The notes: generated by a model from the sequence alone, not told the origin. Shown: positions 38,391 through 49,123, counted from the whole stretch's first letter. The stretch is DNA of 62,580 nucleotides, filler included, from Candidatus Fermentibacterota bacterium (GCA_016928395.1; 8 parts of 8 records of this genome joined end to end with filler, not necessarily neighbours in it), one strand, 5' to 3'. Numbers and translations are program-made.

Positions 38391-39500
38391 ATGAAGTCTG
38401 TGGCTGTGATTGGGTTCCTTGTGGTGGTGGGAGCAGGTGGAAAGGGCGCTGCGCAGGTCGAGCTGACGCCGCCGATTCCGACGGCGCAGGGAACGCTGCG
38501 GTCCATCGTAACGGTTCGGGACGGGGCCGGAGCCATTGTCAGCGGACTTGCGGCTGATCGGTTCTCGATCACCATCGAGGGCCAGTCGGCGGCGGTGTCG
38601 TCGGTTCGCCCGATCACGGAGCAGTGGCTGGCCGTGGCCATGCTCATCGACAAGAGTGGGAGTATGAAGGGCCGGCCCTTGGCCGCGGCCAAAGAGGCCG
38701 CAAAGGACTTTGTCCGTAGATGTGGGGGACAGACGCTGTTTGCGGTCGTGCCCTTTGATGAGGACAGCCTGCCGCCGCCGCAGTTCCTAAGGGCCGACCA
38801 GGGGGTCGGGCAGCTCATCGACGGCATCCAGCTCGGCAACAACACCGCCTTGTACGATGCGATACTGACCATTCTGCCTTCGTTGGCTGATCATTGGGCG
38901 CCGCGCAAGGCAATGATCGCCTTGACCGACGGGAAGGATACGCGGAGCAAGGCAACCTTCAACGCCCTGGAGAGCCGGATTAAGGGTTCGGCAGTGCCCG
39001 TCTACACGGTGGGCCTTGGGAACGATATCGAGGCCCGCAAGCTGGAGGCAGTGGCGGCAGCGACGGGTGGGAGGTACTTGCACGCCCCGGAACCGAGCGA
39101 TCTCATACGAATCTACCAGGCCATCGCGGCGGAGCTGGAGAGCGGGTATGTGGTGGAGTTCGAGGAGCCCGGTGGTCCCGGAGCGACCGGGGGCCGCCAA
39201 CTTGTGCTGACCGTGCAGACGCCGGGAGGACCGGTCACGCACACGATGCTGTTCGAGCAAGGGGGTGAACCGGTGGCCGTGGAGCCTGGGCCGACCCACG
39301 CGACGGTCACCGTGTCGCCGAAAGAAGAGGCGTTCCGCTGGGAGCCCGTGGCCATTGGAGCGGCCGTTGGTCTCCTGCTTGGGCTGGCGGTTGCCTTGAT
39401 CGCCCGAACCCGCGTGGCGGCCGTGCGAGTTCTGGCGGTTGCGTTGGCCGTGCTGTTGGGCGCTTTGGCAGGTGGAGTCGTGTCGCTTATCGCGAAGTAG
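38391..39500 (+). CDS. VWA-domain membrane-anchored protein
   Basis: MIDAS DKSGSM; TALYDA; LTDGKD; VYTVGLG; ATGGRY; two C-terminal TM helices. Confidence 0.9.
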   Translation: MKSVAVIGFLVVVGAGGKGAAQVELTPPIPTAQGTLRSIVTVRDGAGAIVSGLAADRFSITIEGQSAAVSSVRPITEQWLAVAMLIDKSGSMKGRPLAAAKEAAKDFVRRCGGQTLFAVVPFDEDSLPPPQFLRADQGVGQLIDGIQLGNNTALYDAILTILPSLADHWAPRKAMIALTDGKDTRSKATFNALESRIKGSAVPVYTVGLGNDIEARKLEAVAAATGGRYLHAPEPSDLIRIYQAIAAELESGYVVEFEEPGGPGATGGRQLVLTVQTPGGPVTHTMLFEQGGEPVAVEPGPTHATVTVSPKEEAFRWEPVAIGAAVGLLLGLAVALIARTRVAAVRVLAVALAVLLGALAGGVVSLIAK

Positions 39501-39869
39501 GGGGGGGAAGAGAGGGGGACAAGTCCCAACATCGAACGTCGAACGTTGAACGTTGAACGTTGAAGGGGAAGGACGGAATCTCGCTCGACTACGCCTCTGG
39601 AGGGAGAGGGTTCGCGGTTGACACCGCTCCTACATTGGGGAAGGGAGCGGGGAGGGGAACGTTGAGCATCGAACGTTCAGGGGAAACTGGAAGAGATAGA
39701 ACAGGGGAAACAGCAAACTTTGTTTTTTAAAGTTGGATGGTAGAGATACTTTATATTTTCAAGTAAGTGTTGATTCCCTGCTGGGTCAGGCCCGAGTTTC
39801 ACACTTACTGATTTCGATTCTCTTTTGACCTTGCGCTGCAAGGGATTCGATGGCCCTTTGTGTAGTTAC

Positions 39870-40492
39870 CTAGAAATGGCGATCCAGCCCGTATAGATCG
39901 CTCAGCTGTTCCGCCAGCGGGCTGTTCTTCTCCAGCACCCGGCCACCGCTCTCGTCAGGGTACACCAGATACGCCTCCCGTATGCCTCCCATTGCCAGCA
40001 GCCATACCCGCGCACTCATGCTCAGTCCCGCCTGTTCCGCTTCCAGTAGCAGCAGCTTCAAGAGCAGCAATCCTAACACACAGCAGAACGCATGCATCCG
40101 GATCTTCGTGTCCGTCCAGTTCCGGATCGGCCACATGCTTACTTCACTCCGATCCTTCAGCTCCTTGAATACATCCTCCACCTTCCGCCTCTCCCCATCC
40201 AGCTCGATCATCTCCTCCGCCCGCATCCCCATCCGGTTCGTGAACAACACCCGCTTCCCAAACTGCTTCTTCTTCTCCCGACACTCGAATCCCCTCCGCC
40301 TCACCCGGAGCGTGTCTCCCTCGATCTCGTACTCCACATACCTCCGCGCCTGCGCTCCCTGCACCTGCTGCTCCCGTAACACCTGATCCAGCCGCCCCCG
40401 CGTCCGCGTTCCCTCCTCCTCTCCCCAGTACTGCCTCCACACCTTCCGAAGCTCCTCCTTCGCTCCCTCGATCCGATGGTTGAATCCCCGTA
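39870..40492 (-). mobile_element. IS1634-family transposase C-terminal part (cut by contig end)
   Basis: GKRVLFTN..VEDVFKELK...PIRNWTDTKIRMHAFCCVLGL. Confidence 0.8.
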
Positions 40493-40865
40493 NNNNNNNN
40501 NNNNNNNNNNNNNNNNNNNNNNNNNNNNNNNNNNNNTTAATTAATTAANNNNNNNNNNNNNNNNNNNNNNNNNNNNNNNNNNNNNNNNNNNNAGGCTAGT
40601 GGTCTCAGTAATACACTTTCAACACCAACGTCCCGTACGCCCGTGATAAGGATTCAGGGTGAAGACCATCGGCGCCGGCTGACTGTGCCGCCCTTTGGCC
40701 CTGACGGATGAGAGCATTGGAACGATTTGCAGTTGCCCCTGCGCCACTCACGATGCTTCGAGAAGGAAGTCAGCCAGGTTGAGGCGACGGATGCCGTCGA
40801 TGTCGTCTCCAAAAGCGGGGTCCATGCTGACGACGAGCTTGAAGTAGTTGTCAGGTGGGGCTTGC

Positions 40866-40922
40866 TTGAACCCAACGTTGCAGCGGACTCGCTCCGCTCG
40901 TTGTTGAGCGCCAAGGTTAGGC
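40866..40922 (+). other. Degenerate attC-like integron cassette site
   Basis: TTGAAC-ccaacg-TTGCAGC-GGACTCGCTCCGCTCG-TTGTTGAGC-gccaag-GTTAGGC; ends 35 nt before an ATG. Confidence 0.55.
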
Positions 40923-40957
40923 CTCAAACCACTACTGACGGGAAGAGTCGCAGGCCT

Positions 40958-42130
40958 ATGCAAGACAAACGCACGATGCTGCTAAACTGGCTCTACTACA
41001 GGCCGGTTGGCCACGCGGTCGAGAGCTTCGCTGCGGCAGCTGACTACTACGCACCAGACAAGAACCTTCGGGTGTCGGTGTTGCTCAATTCGGAGACGCC
41101 CTTCGAACTTGCCGCCAACTGCCCGTGGATCCATGCCGCGTACCCGGTCAATGTCGATGACGTTGCGGAGAAGGGCACTGGTGCCCAATGCCTAGAGGCC
41201 ATTCCTCGCGTCTGGGACTACGTGGTTACATCCGAACGTCGGTTCCTGACTCCCCATGTGTACACTGGCTCGATGGCTCGGTGCCAGGAGGTGATCGATG
41301 AGTTCGCTACCGCCAGAATGTGGAAGGGGATCCGTGGCCAGGTAGGCGAAGGCATCGGCCCCATTCCCGACTGCGTTCCCTTCGCCAAGTTCAGAATGGT
41401 GCCACACGACGCAGCCAAGAGATGGGTTGCCGCCCACGCGAATCGCAAGCCCATCTTCACGGTGATGCTTGGCGGGGCCTCAGGCGCTTTCCTATACCCG
41501 AGAGTGGAGACATGGATCAGCATCCTGAAGGCTTTGCGACAACGCTTCCCAGCTGTCTGCTTCGCGATCACTGGTTCAACCGACTCTTCCGCACGTCGGA
41601 ACACCACCCTCAAGTACTCCAAGCAAGACGTGGGAGAGATAGTTGACAAGCTCGGGAATGCCATCGACTGCTACGATATCGGAATCGACAGCCAGCTCGC
41701 GCTGCTGGAGGCGTCTGACCTGTTCGTTTCGGCACACACTGGGTTTGCGTTTCTTGCGCCCTGCGTGGGAACTCCTTGGTTGGCAGTTTCAGGAGCACAC
41801 TGGCCAGATCCGGCCTATGCCAGAAATCCCTTCTATAGCGTTCTGCCCACATGTCCCGAGTACCCGTGCTACACAGGGATGCTTCCCGAATGTCAGTCCC
41901 GCAAAGGGAGGGGGGAACCGGTCTACTGCATGGACACCGCGCTTGAGTCGCGCATACCCGAGATTGTGGAAGGGGCGGCTCGCTGCCTTGACCCAACCTT
42001 CGACTTGGCCCAGGCAGCCCAAGTCTACGAGTTGCAGGCAAAGGCCAAGGGCGTCAAACTCGAGCGCATGTACACCCTGGACATGCTGAGGGCACACATG
42101 CTGAACACTCAGGACCCGAGTGCGACATGA
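40958..42130 (+). CDS. Glycosyltransferase family 9-like protein
   Basis: QLALLEASDLFVSAHTGFAFLAPCVGTPW (GT-B, heptosyltransferase-like C-domain). Confidence 0.7.
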   Translation: MQDKRTMLLNWLYYRPVGHAVESFAAAADYYAPDKNLRVSVLLNSETPFELAANCPWIHAAYPVNVDDVAEKGTGAQCLEAIPRVWDYVVTSERRFLTPHVYTGSMARCQEVIDEFATARMWKGIRGQVGEGIGPIPDCVPFAKFRMVPHDAAKRWVAAHANRKPIFTVMLGGASGAFLYPRVETWISILKALRQRFPAVCFAITGSTDSSARRNTTLKYSKQDVGEIVDKLGNAIDCYDIGIDSQLALLEASDLFVSAHTGFAFLAPCVGTPWLAVSGAHWPDPAYARNPFYSVLPTCPEYPCYTGMLPECQSRKGRGEPVYCMDTALESRIPEIVEGAARCLDPTFDLAQAAQVYELQAKAKGVKLERMYTLDMLRAHMLNTQDPSAT

Positions 42131-42557
42131 ACTACGAGCATGCCACGGGTCGGGCGCACGGCCGTTTGTACAATGTGAACTCTCTGGAGGGGGATGGAGC
42201 AGGTAGAGGAGGTCTGCGGTCAATGGACTCTGGAGAGACTCGGGTTGTCCAGACACCTAAGAGATCAAGATCATGGAATGAGGATTTGACCCCGAAGCGG
42301 ACAGGGGCTTGGGGGCCGCTGGGGGATTAGGACTTGCTTCTTGGTCTTTGGGCATCTGGTAGAATCAGCCATGTGGGCAGGATGGCGGGCGACTGAGCCC
42401 CGAGGGCATCGGAGGGGCACTATTACAATGTGAGAATAGTGCCCCCCGGGCAGCTTTCAGACTCATCCGTGGGCAGTAGGGGCCGCCAAGGCTCGTCCGT
42501 CAACCTCGGAACTTGAGTTCTCTCCGCCGTCTCACCACCGGAACCCCGATCCGGTTC

Positions 42558-42875
42558 TCATCCCCGTTCCTCGAATCCCACAATGCAATACACGACCCCA
42601 CTCTCCCGTATTCCTTCGATTTCGGGATAGGAGTATTCGCCGCTTCCGGTGCCGTCAGAGGAATAATCCATCACGATAAGGTGGAACGTCGTGTCCGCAG
42701 CGATGGCGGCGAGGTCAGCTTCCTGCAGTTGATATGCCCATGAATCAACCCCAGGGATTTGAGCGTCGCATGGAGCGAGGGGAAAGAAAGACATCCCGAA
42801 GCACGAGAGACAGGGGATCCACGCGTGCCTATGTCTTCGGGATGCATGCGTCCGTGTGATGCAGTGTAGGTTCAT
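42558..42875 (-). pseudogene. Truncated TM1410/GH114-like endo-alpha-1,4-polygalactosaminidase N-terminus
   Basis: WAYQLQEADLAAIAA...LIVMDYSSDG..GEYSYPEIEGIRESG, then homology ends. Confidence 0.65.
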
Positions 42876-43594
42876 GTTGCTTTCTCCGAGCTCGATTTGG
42901 GAACCTGAGCGCTCCGCATATGAGGGGAGATAACTCATCATCTTCTGGTCTGCTCACCAATTCCTCCTCCAGGCGATCCCCCGGGCAGGCGGTGGAATGC
43001 CAGAGCCTGGAACAACACACGCACCAAGATCGAGAGTTGGGCACTTTGGGGACATTCCATGCCTCCAGAGTCAAATGGTGCCGCCATACCTTGCTCAACG
43101 ACCCTTTCGATGTCCCCACGCTCCCGGCAGCCCAGCACCTCCTCCTCCCCCTCGTGGACAGCATCGCCCTGGATACCGACCGTACTCGACCCCCCAGGGG
43201 GAGCCTTCAGGTCGCCTTACACCCCAGACCTTGTTGAAAGGGCACCTCTTCAAGAAAGGGCGTAGGGATGTCGGCAGGATGGAAACCTACTGGCACGATC
43301 GGAGGTTGTCGCGGGCCTCTTCAAGGCCCGGAATCTGACGGATTCGCTCAACCAACCGCGAGCTCCCTTCCCACACGCCGATCACCTCATATAGGATCTG
43401 TCCTAGCTTGGACTTGTCCTATATGCCTCTTCACCATGCACAGCGGCGGTATAACGGCCCAGCGACGTTGGCAAAATGGTAAATTGCTGGGAGAGAAGTT
43501 GGTGAGCGCGGAAGGTCTCAGGTTCGCTGTGGTGACGTAACTTGACAACTCCCAACGTCCCGTGCGCCACGCCAAATGCCGCAGGCTTTCCACG

Positions 43595-43819
43595 CTACCC
43601 CCCTCCTATGGGAGGAAAGATCGAGACCGCGTCATTGTCCTGAAGAACATCCTTAGGGGCCGCATGACGTCCATTACGAAAGATGATGGCAGCTTCACCG
43701 GGGGGAATGGCGAGATCATCCAGTATGTTCTGGATCGTCGTGTTCTCGAGGCATTCCCGTTGTGCGGTGTCGAACCGCCCGTGTTTCAGCATCGCGAACA
43801 GCTTGATCGTCACCTGCAT
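43595..43819 (-). CDS. MoaD/ThiS sulfur-carrier protein
   Basis: 74 aa; VTIKLFAML; ends IFPPIGGG. Confidence 0.9.
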   Translation of the reverse strand: MQVTIKLFAMLKHGRFDTAQRECLENTTIQNILDDLAIPPGEAAIIFRNGRHAAPKDVLQDNDAVSIFPPIGGG

Positions 43820-43886
43820 ACGCCGCCCATTACCTGAGAGCCTGTCTCAAGACACGCACCGGTGACCCAGAAACTGGGGACTGTGA

Positions 43887-44471
43887 TCAAGAGGCGGCGC
43901 CCGTAACCGCTATCGTCAACAGCGCCATTTCGCCGGAAAAGAGAGCATGGTCCCTCCGCAATCTCTGGCATTCGATTCGTTCACCGTTGACGGTGAGATT
44001 CCTGCACTTCTCCCAGAAGTCATCCGGTTGCCGCGCGAGAGCGCGGGCGAGATCACGGCATTTCACGAGAACGCCTCTCTTGAGGAAGCCGGGCCCGAGC
44101 TCATCCATGATCAGATTGAAGAGTTTCAATCTGACGGGCACCATTCCCGCACGCCAGGACTCCCCACTCTCGGCATGAGTGATGGAACTCCTGAAGGAGG
44201 AATAGAAGCCTCCGCGTCTCATTGTCGCTCCCACCAATCCTGGCATGGCAGCGGAAAGAGCGACAATCGAGCCATCCCGGATCAGCGCGGAATCGATATC
44301 GTCAATCGGGCTCCCGTCGAGGAAGATGGTGCTGATCCGTGTGTCTATATACTCGGGAGGTATTCTGCATTCCTCGGTGAGGAACTCCCTCAGTGAGCAC
44401 CCGGCCCGCGACGTCAGAATGACGCCATCTTGAACGACCTGGGAAACCAGCGAGGAAGGATATTCCTCCAT
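43887..44471 (-). CDS. AOR-associated conserved hypothetical protein
   Basis: YIDTRISTIFLDG.PIDDID...ALSAAMPGLVGATMRRGG. Confidence 0.75.
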   Translation of the reverse strand: MEEYPSSLVSQVVQDGVILTSRAGCSLREFLTEECRIPPEYIDTRISTIFLDGSPIDDIDSALIRDGSIVALSAAMPGLVGATMRRGGFYSSFRSSITHAESGESWRAGMVPVRLKLFNLIMDELGPGFLKRGVLVKCRDLARALARQPDDFWEKCRNLTVNGERIECQRLRRDHALFSGEMALLTIAVTGAAS

Positions 44472-44592
44472 GGAAAGCCTAAGACCGAGGGGAGGCGGCT
44501 CTCTCTGCGGCGCCGTGCTGTTAGTGCTCAGAGGAACCTCGTGCCAACGGCAATGAGGAAAGGGGTGCGCTTCGTCGACATGCCCCTGTCAT

Positions 44593-44625
44593 GAAGAGGG
44601 AGAGGCCTGGCGCCTCTCCCTCTTC
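44593..44625 (-). terminator. Perfect 14-bp hairpin after aor
   Basis: GAAGAGGGAGAGGC-CTGGC-GCCTCTCCCTCTTC. Confidence 0.65.
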
Positions 44626-44639
44626 CAGTCCACGAAGGG

Positions 44640-46376
44640 TCACCAGTTGAAGACCTTGTCGAGATCCTCGTCCTTGACGGTGAATGTCACGTTGTGCGGT
44701 GCAACAGGCTCGGTTGAGAAATACCGGGGCAGCCGGTCGTGCAGCGCGGTGAAACCGGCCCGCGCGTTGAAATCCCGCTCCATGCTGAGCACCTTCTTGC
44801 CCAGCTCAACGACGCCGTCGCCGGTGAGACTCAGGCCGTAGAAGGCATTGAGCAGGTCCAGAAGGGCCTGGAATGTGTCTGGCTGATCGAGGATCGCGAA
44901 TGCGATGAAGAGGCACATGCCGGTGGAGTCGACCGCCGCGGTCGCGATCTGGAGATTGCGCGAAAGCTCAATCTGTCCCTCCGTCTTGAGCGGATCGACA
45001 TAGCCGCCGACCTTGAGGATGTTGGTTGCGATGGCGTATCCGGCGGTATGGTCAGCTCCCATGGTCGACGTGGCATAGGTGACCCCGATTCCTTGTACCG
45101 CCCGCGGATCGTAGGCAGGCATCGCCTGGCCCTTGACCACGGGAACGCGTTCGACACCGTAGACTTTGCCGGTGACCGCCGCGCCGCCGCCGAGGATGCG
45201 GCCAAGATGCGAGCCTTTGCCCACTTCCTTCACGAGATTGATGGCCGCCTCGGCATCGCCGAACGTGGCAAGACCTGCTTCCATCGCAACACCAATCGTG
45301 GCGCCCATTTCAATGGTGTCGATTCCGTACGTGTCATCGAGGAAGTCGAGCATGGCGATGGCATCAAGATCGTCGATGCCGCAGTTGGCTCCGTGTGCCC
45401 AGACCGTTTCGTATTCAGGCTGCTTGGTCAGGTAGTGCCCGTCTTTGTCGTGATAGATACCCGAGCAGCGGATGACGCAGCCTTCATGACAGCCATGCGT
45501 TGCAAGGCCACCCCGTTTCACCTCGATCTCGGCTTCGGTCTCGCCGCTGATCTTGGCGGTGCCCTCAAAGCGGCCCTCCTTGAAGTTTCTGGTCGGATAG
45601 GCTCCCGCCTCGTTGATGATATTCGCCAAGACATTCGTGCCGTACGCGGGGAGGGCCTGGCCGGTGACCGGGTGCTTCAGAAGCCCCGCGGTGAATCGCT
45701 TGTTGGCATCCTTGAACCCCTCGGGATCCTTGGCTTCACGCATGGGCATGCCCGTGTCGTCGAGCACGATCACCTTGACCCCCTTTGAGCCCATGACCGC
45801 TCCAACGCCGCCACGGCCTGCATGCCGGGAAGGGTGAAGCTCCATGTCGGTGCAGGCGATTGAGGCAACATTCATCTTCATCTCGCCGGCAGTCCCGATC
45901 GACATACAGGCGACGTTGTCACCGAATTCAGCCGTTATCCTGGGGATAAGGTCGTAGTTCGTGAGCATTCTGAGGCTGTTGTCGATGGTGATCGCTGCGC
46001 CATCTTTGTTGATGAGGATCTTGTAGATATCGTCGGTCTTGGGGTTACCTTCGAGAATGATTGCCGCGTAGCCGAGCCGTGCGATGACTTGCGCAGCCTG
46101 GCCTCCCGAGTTCGCCTCCTTGATCCCGCCGGTGAGAGGGCTCTTGCAGCCGACTGAGATTCTGCCCGACATAGACGCGATCGTCCCGCTCAAGAGGCCG
46201 GGCGCGATGACCAGCTTGTTTTCTTCGCCCAGGGGATGGCACAGGGGAGGGACCTCGCGCGACACGACGGCGGTCGTCATGGCTCGTCCGCCCAGGCCGG
46301 CGTAATCGCCAACCGGTGAGACCGTGGCTTTGGGCCCTCCATCGGCGCCCATGTCAATCCTTAGTATCTTGTCCAT
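44640..46376 (-). CDS. aor: Tungsten-dependent aldehyde:ferredoxin oxidoreductase
   Basis: KSPLTGGIKEANSGG, GRGGVGAVMGSK, CHEGCVIRC, EYET, DTIEMG, DSTGMC. Confidence 0.93.
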   Translation of the reverse strand: MDKILRIDMGADGGPKATVSPVGDYAGLGGRAMTTAVVSREVPPLCHPLGEENKLVIAPGLLSGTIASMSGRISVGCKSPLTGGIKEANSGGQAAQVIARLGYAAIILEGNPKTDDIYKILINKDGAAITIDNSLRMLTNYDLIPRITAEFGDNVACMSIGTAGEMKMNVASIACTDMELHPSRHAGRGGVGAVMGSKGVKVIVLDDTGMPMREAKDPEGFKDANKRFTAGLLKHPVTGQALPAYGTNVLANIINEAGAYPTRNFKEGRFEGTAKISGETEAEIEVKRGGLATHGCHEGCVIRCSGIYHDKDGHYLTKQPEYETVWAHGANCGIDDLDAIAMLDFLDDTYGIDTIEMGATIGVAMEAGLATFGDAEAAINLVKEVGKGSHLGRILGGGAAVTGKVYGVERVPVVKGQAMPAYDPRAVQGIGVTYATSTMGADHTAGYAIATNILKVGGYVDPLKTEGQIELSRNLQIATAAVDSTGMCLFIAFAILDQPDTFQALLDLLNAFYGLSLTGDGVVELGKKVLSMERDFNARAGFTALHDRLPRYFSTEPVAPHNVTFTVKDEDLDKVFNW

Positions 46377-46835
46377 TCAAGACCTCCCTCCTGATTGCGC
46401 GCGTCCGAACACTTTGATGAGTTCATCATCGCGCATCGGATCCTGTAGGCCCGGTCCCAGATCGAGAGCCCCGGCCGATTCTCACGGCGGCGATGATGGC
46501 TGCGAGAAAGTGGAGTCTGAGGCTTGGGACGTCACCTCCTCCCGCTCCAAGCGTGGATGCTGGTTTCTGAGCCCCCAGTCTATGGGTTCTGCCTATTCTG
46601 GCCGCAGATCATAGGGAGTTCCCCGTGAGTGTAGCATCAGGGTTCGGGATTCGTCAAGGGTGGTGCGGGGGGCCTCATCGCGGGCCCGTCGAGCGTCTGG
46701 GCATGACGGCGGGTGTCCTTCCTCCTCCGCGCCTTTGGACCCTTGACACGACCTCGCCGGCCTTCCAACATCGACCAGAGCGGTGCGGTATCGTGCCGTG
46801 CGCCCTTTCATGCTCCAACATGCGGGGATGTGACC

Positions 46836-48755
46836 ATGACCGCAGGATCCACGTTGTGTCCGGTGCGTAGACTCAGATCATCCGTCACAACATTCCGCAT
46901 TCCGCTCCTCTGCCTGATCGGATGCGCGACTATGGTGGCAGCACAGACGATCCATGTGGACATTGCGAATACATCGGGGATCGAAGATGGGACGGTCGAG
47001 CATCCCTTCAACACCATTCAGGAAGCATTGAGCCCGGCGCAGAATGGAGATTCCCTCTCGATCGCCCCCGGGACGTATGCCGAAGGTCGGCTCCTGATCG
47101 AGGCGTGTGTTGCCATTGCCGGGCACGACCGGGGCTCGACGATCGTCGATGGGATGTTTGTCCTGTCTACCCATCTCGACAGCCTTCCCGTGTCAATCAC
47201 CCGGTTGTGGTGTCAGAACGTGATGCACAGCGACAGCGGCGTAACCATGACGCCCCTGGCGGTAGAGGACTGCGGATTGCAGGTGTTCAACGACTCGACG
47301 GCATCGGTCTCGATGCCGGGGAGTGTGCTCCTCAAGAATTGCACCGTGACTGACAGCATTCGCGTGTGGAACGCCGCATGCAGCGCCCCCCGGGAGATCA
47401 CCAACTGCCAGTCGAGCGGCGGGCTGAAGGTACACGCGACCAGCTCGCACGGGGACATCATCCGCATCCACGGCAACCAGGTGCAGGGGAGCATCGAGGT
47501 GACCGCCGTGTCCAAGAGCGACACGATCTACGTTACCAACAACACCGTCGGCGACAGCCTCGTGGTGACCGCCACTGCCTCCAGTGAGCCGAACATCGTG
47601 ACGGCCAACACCATCGGCCATGGGGCACGGATGGAGGCCGTTGCCAGCGACGGGTTCCAGTTGCGGGGCAATTTGATCCTGAGCGGGTCGCTCTCGATGC
47701 AGTTCACCGCCCTCTCGAGCAGTGACGTGACCACCAACGATTTCCTCAACGGGGGCATCGACCTCCGCGCCGTCTCCGCCGACTTCGTCGCGGAGGGGAA
47801 CCGTATCTGTACTGATGGTACCGTGAACGGGGTACGCCTGCACACCACCGCGGGAGGCGAGATCGTCGATAACACCATCACGCTTCCCTATGTGCCACCA
47901 ACCGGTGAACCGTTCGAGTCGGATACCAGCGGGATCTGCGGCGTCCGCGTCAGGGCGGTATCGTACACGGGAACGCGAGGGAACACCATCCAGGGCGGTA
48001 CCTACGGCGTGTACACGTGGTCCACCTCCTCGGGCCACATCTCAGGCAACACCGTCAGAAGTTCCCACCATGGGGTCTACCTTGCCGCGGTATCGGCGTG
48101 GGTCGACAGCAACCTGGTGGAGAACTGCGTGGCCGATGGCGTGATTTTGAGCTACCAGCCCGACTACGGCGACACCAACTCGATCAGGGTCAACCACAAC
48201 ACGATTCGGAACAACGGGGGACACGGGATCTGGACCAAAGGCGGCCTCTCCATGGGCAGTGTGGATGATCCGAGCACGGGCTTCAACATCCTGAAGACCA
48301 ACGGCGGATACGACCTCTATGTGGAGACCCCGGCCACCTTCGTCGACACTGTATGGGCGCAGAACAATGCGTGGACGCATGACTCGGAGGCCGCGGTGGC
48401 CCGACAAGACATCTACGACGCGACTGACGACCCCAGCAGAGCGAGGGTGGTGTTCATGCCCATGATCATTCTCGATGCGGATGACGGTGTGCCGGTTCCA
48501 GAGGCTCTGCTTCGAATCTCGCCGAACCCAACACGCGGCAGGTTCACTATCGAAGCGCTGAGGGGGCACAGCCCGATTGCGAGAGTCAGGCTGCTGGACC
48601 TGTGTGGGCGCGTCGTCGCGTCTGTGTCGATTCCGGAATCAGGCTCGGACACGGTGGGGTTCGACGTCAGCGACCTGCCCGCGGGGGTGTATCCGGTGCG
48701 AGTTCATCCGGACGATGGATCTGGGACCAGGGGCATTCTTCTGATCAAGCGATAG
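46836..48755 (+). CDS. Secreted right-handed beta-helix protein (DUF1565-like N-terminus) with T9SS-type C-terminal domain
   Basis: DGTVEHPFNTIQEAL..PGTY; repeated I.GN.I; ISPNPT..DVSDLPAGVY. Confidence 0.8.
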   Translation: MTAGSTLCPVRRLRSSVTTFRIPLLCLIGCATMVAAQTIHVDIANTSGIEDGTVEHPFNTIQEALSPAQNGDSLSIAPGTYAEGRLLIEACVAIAGHDRGSTIVDGMFVLSTHLDSLPVSITRLWCQNVMHSDSGVTMTPLAVEDCGLQVFNDSTASVSMPGSVLLKNCTVTDSIRVWNAACSAPREITNCQSSGGLKVHATSSHGDIIRIHGNQVQGSIEVTAVSKSDTIYVTNNTVGDSLVVTATASSEPNIVTANTIGHGARMEAVASDGFQLRGNLILSGSLSMQFTALSSSDVTTNDFLNGGIDLRAVSADFVAEGNRICTDGTVNGVRLHTTAGGEIVDNTITLPYVPPTGEPFESDTSGICGVRVRAVSYTGTRGNTIQGGTYGVYTWSTSSGHISGNTVRSSHHGVYLAAVSAWVDSNLVENCVADGVILSYQPDYGDTNSIRVNHNTIRNNGGHGIWTKGGLSMGSVDDPSTGFNILKTNGGYDLYVETPATFVDTVWAQNNAWTHDSEAAVARQDIYDATDDPSRARVVFMPMIILDADDGVPVPEALLRISPNPTRGRFTIEALRGHSPIARVRLLDLCGRVVASVSIPESGSDTVGFDVSDLPAGVYPVRVHPDDGSGTRGILLIKR

Positions 48756-49123
48756 TGGGAATGAGGGGCCAGAACTGCACCCAGAGGATGTATGTCGACG
48801 CCGGCGCGAAATGTCCCAGAATCGCCGGTGAGCGGATTGCCTCCGAATCCGTGCGGTACGCGGGCCCGGCCACGCGGAACGCTCTCTTGGAGTGCGCAGG
48901 CTTGCCACAGCGCCGTGGCTGTCGGCAAGAGTGGGGGATTCGATGGGAAGCGTGCCGGATTCCGACCCAAGGTGCTGGACTGCCGCGTGCGCTTTGGATG
49001 GTGGGAGCTGGGGGGATTTCGGGGTCAGGTATTGCTTTTTGTGTTTTGAAGGTCAGCTTTCACCTTCTCCAAGCGTTGACGCACACCTTTGTCCCAGTCC
49101 ATCGCCATCCGCGCAATGACGAA

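Noticed and set aside
37397-38872. 491-aa minus-strand ORF and many similar long antisense ORFs
   Set aside because: Shadow frames of GC-rich genes with clear plus-strand products
42441-42480. Hammerhead-like GATGAG..GAAA on the minus strand
   Set aside because: Core lacks CUGAUGA and the supporting stems
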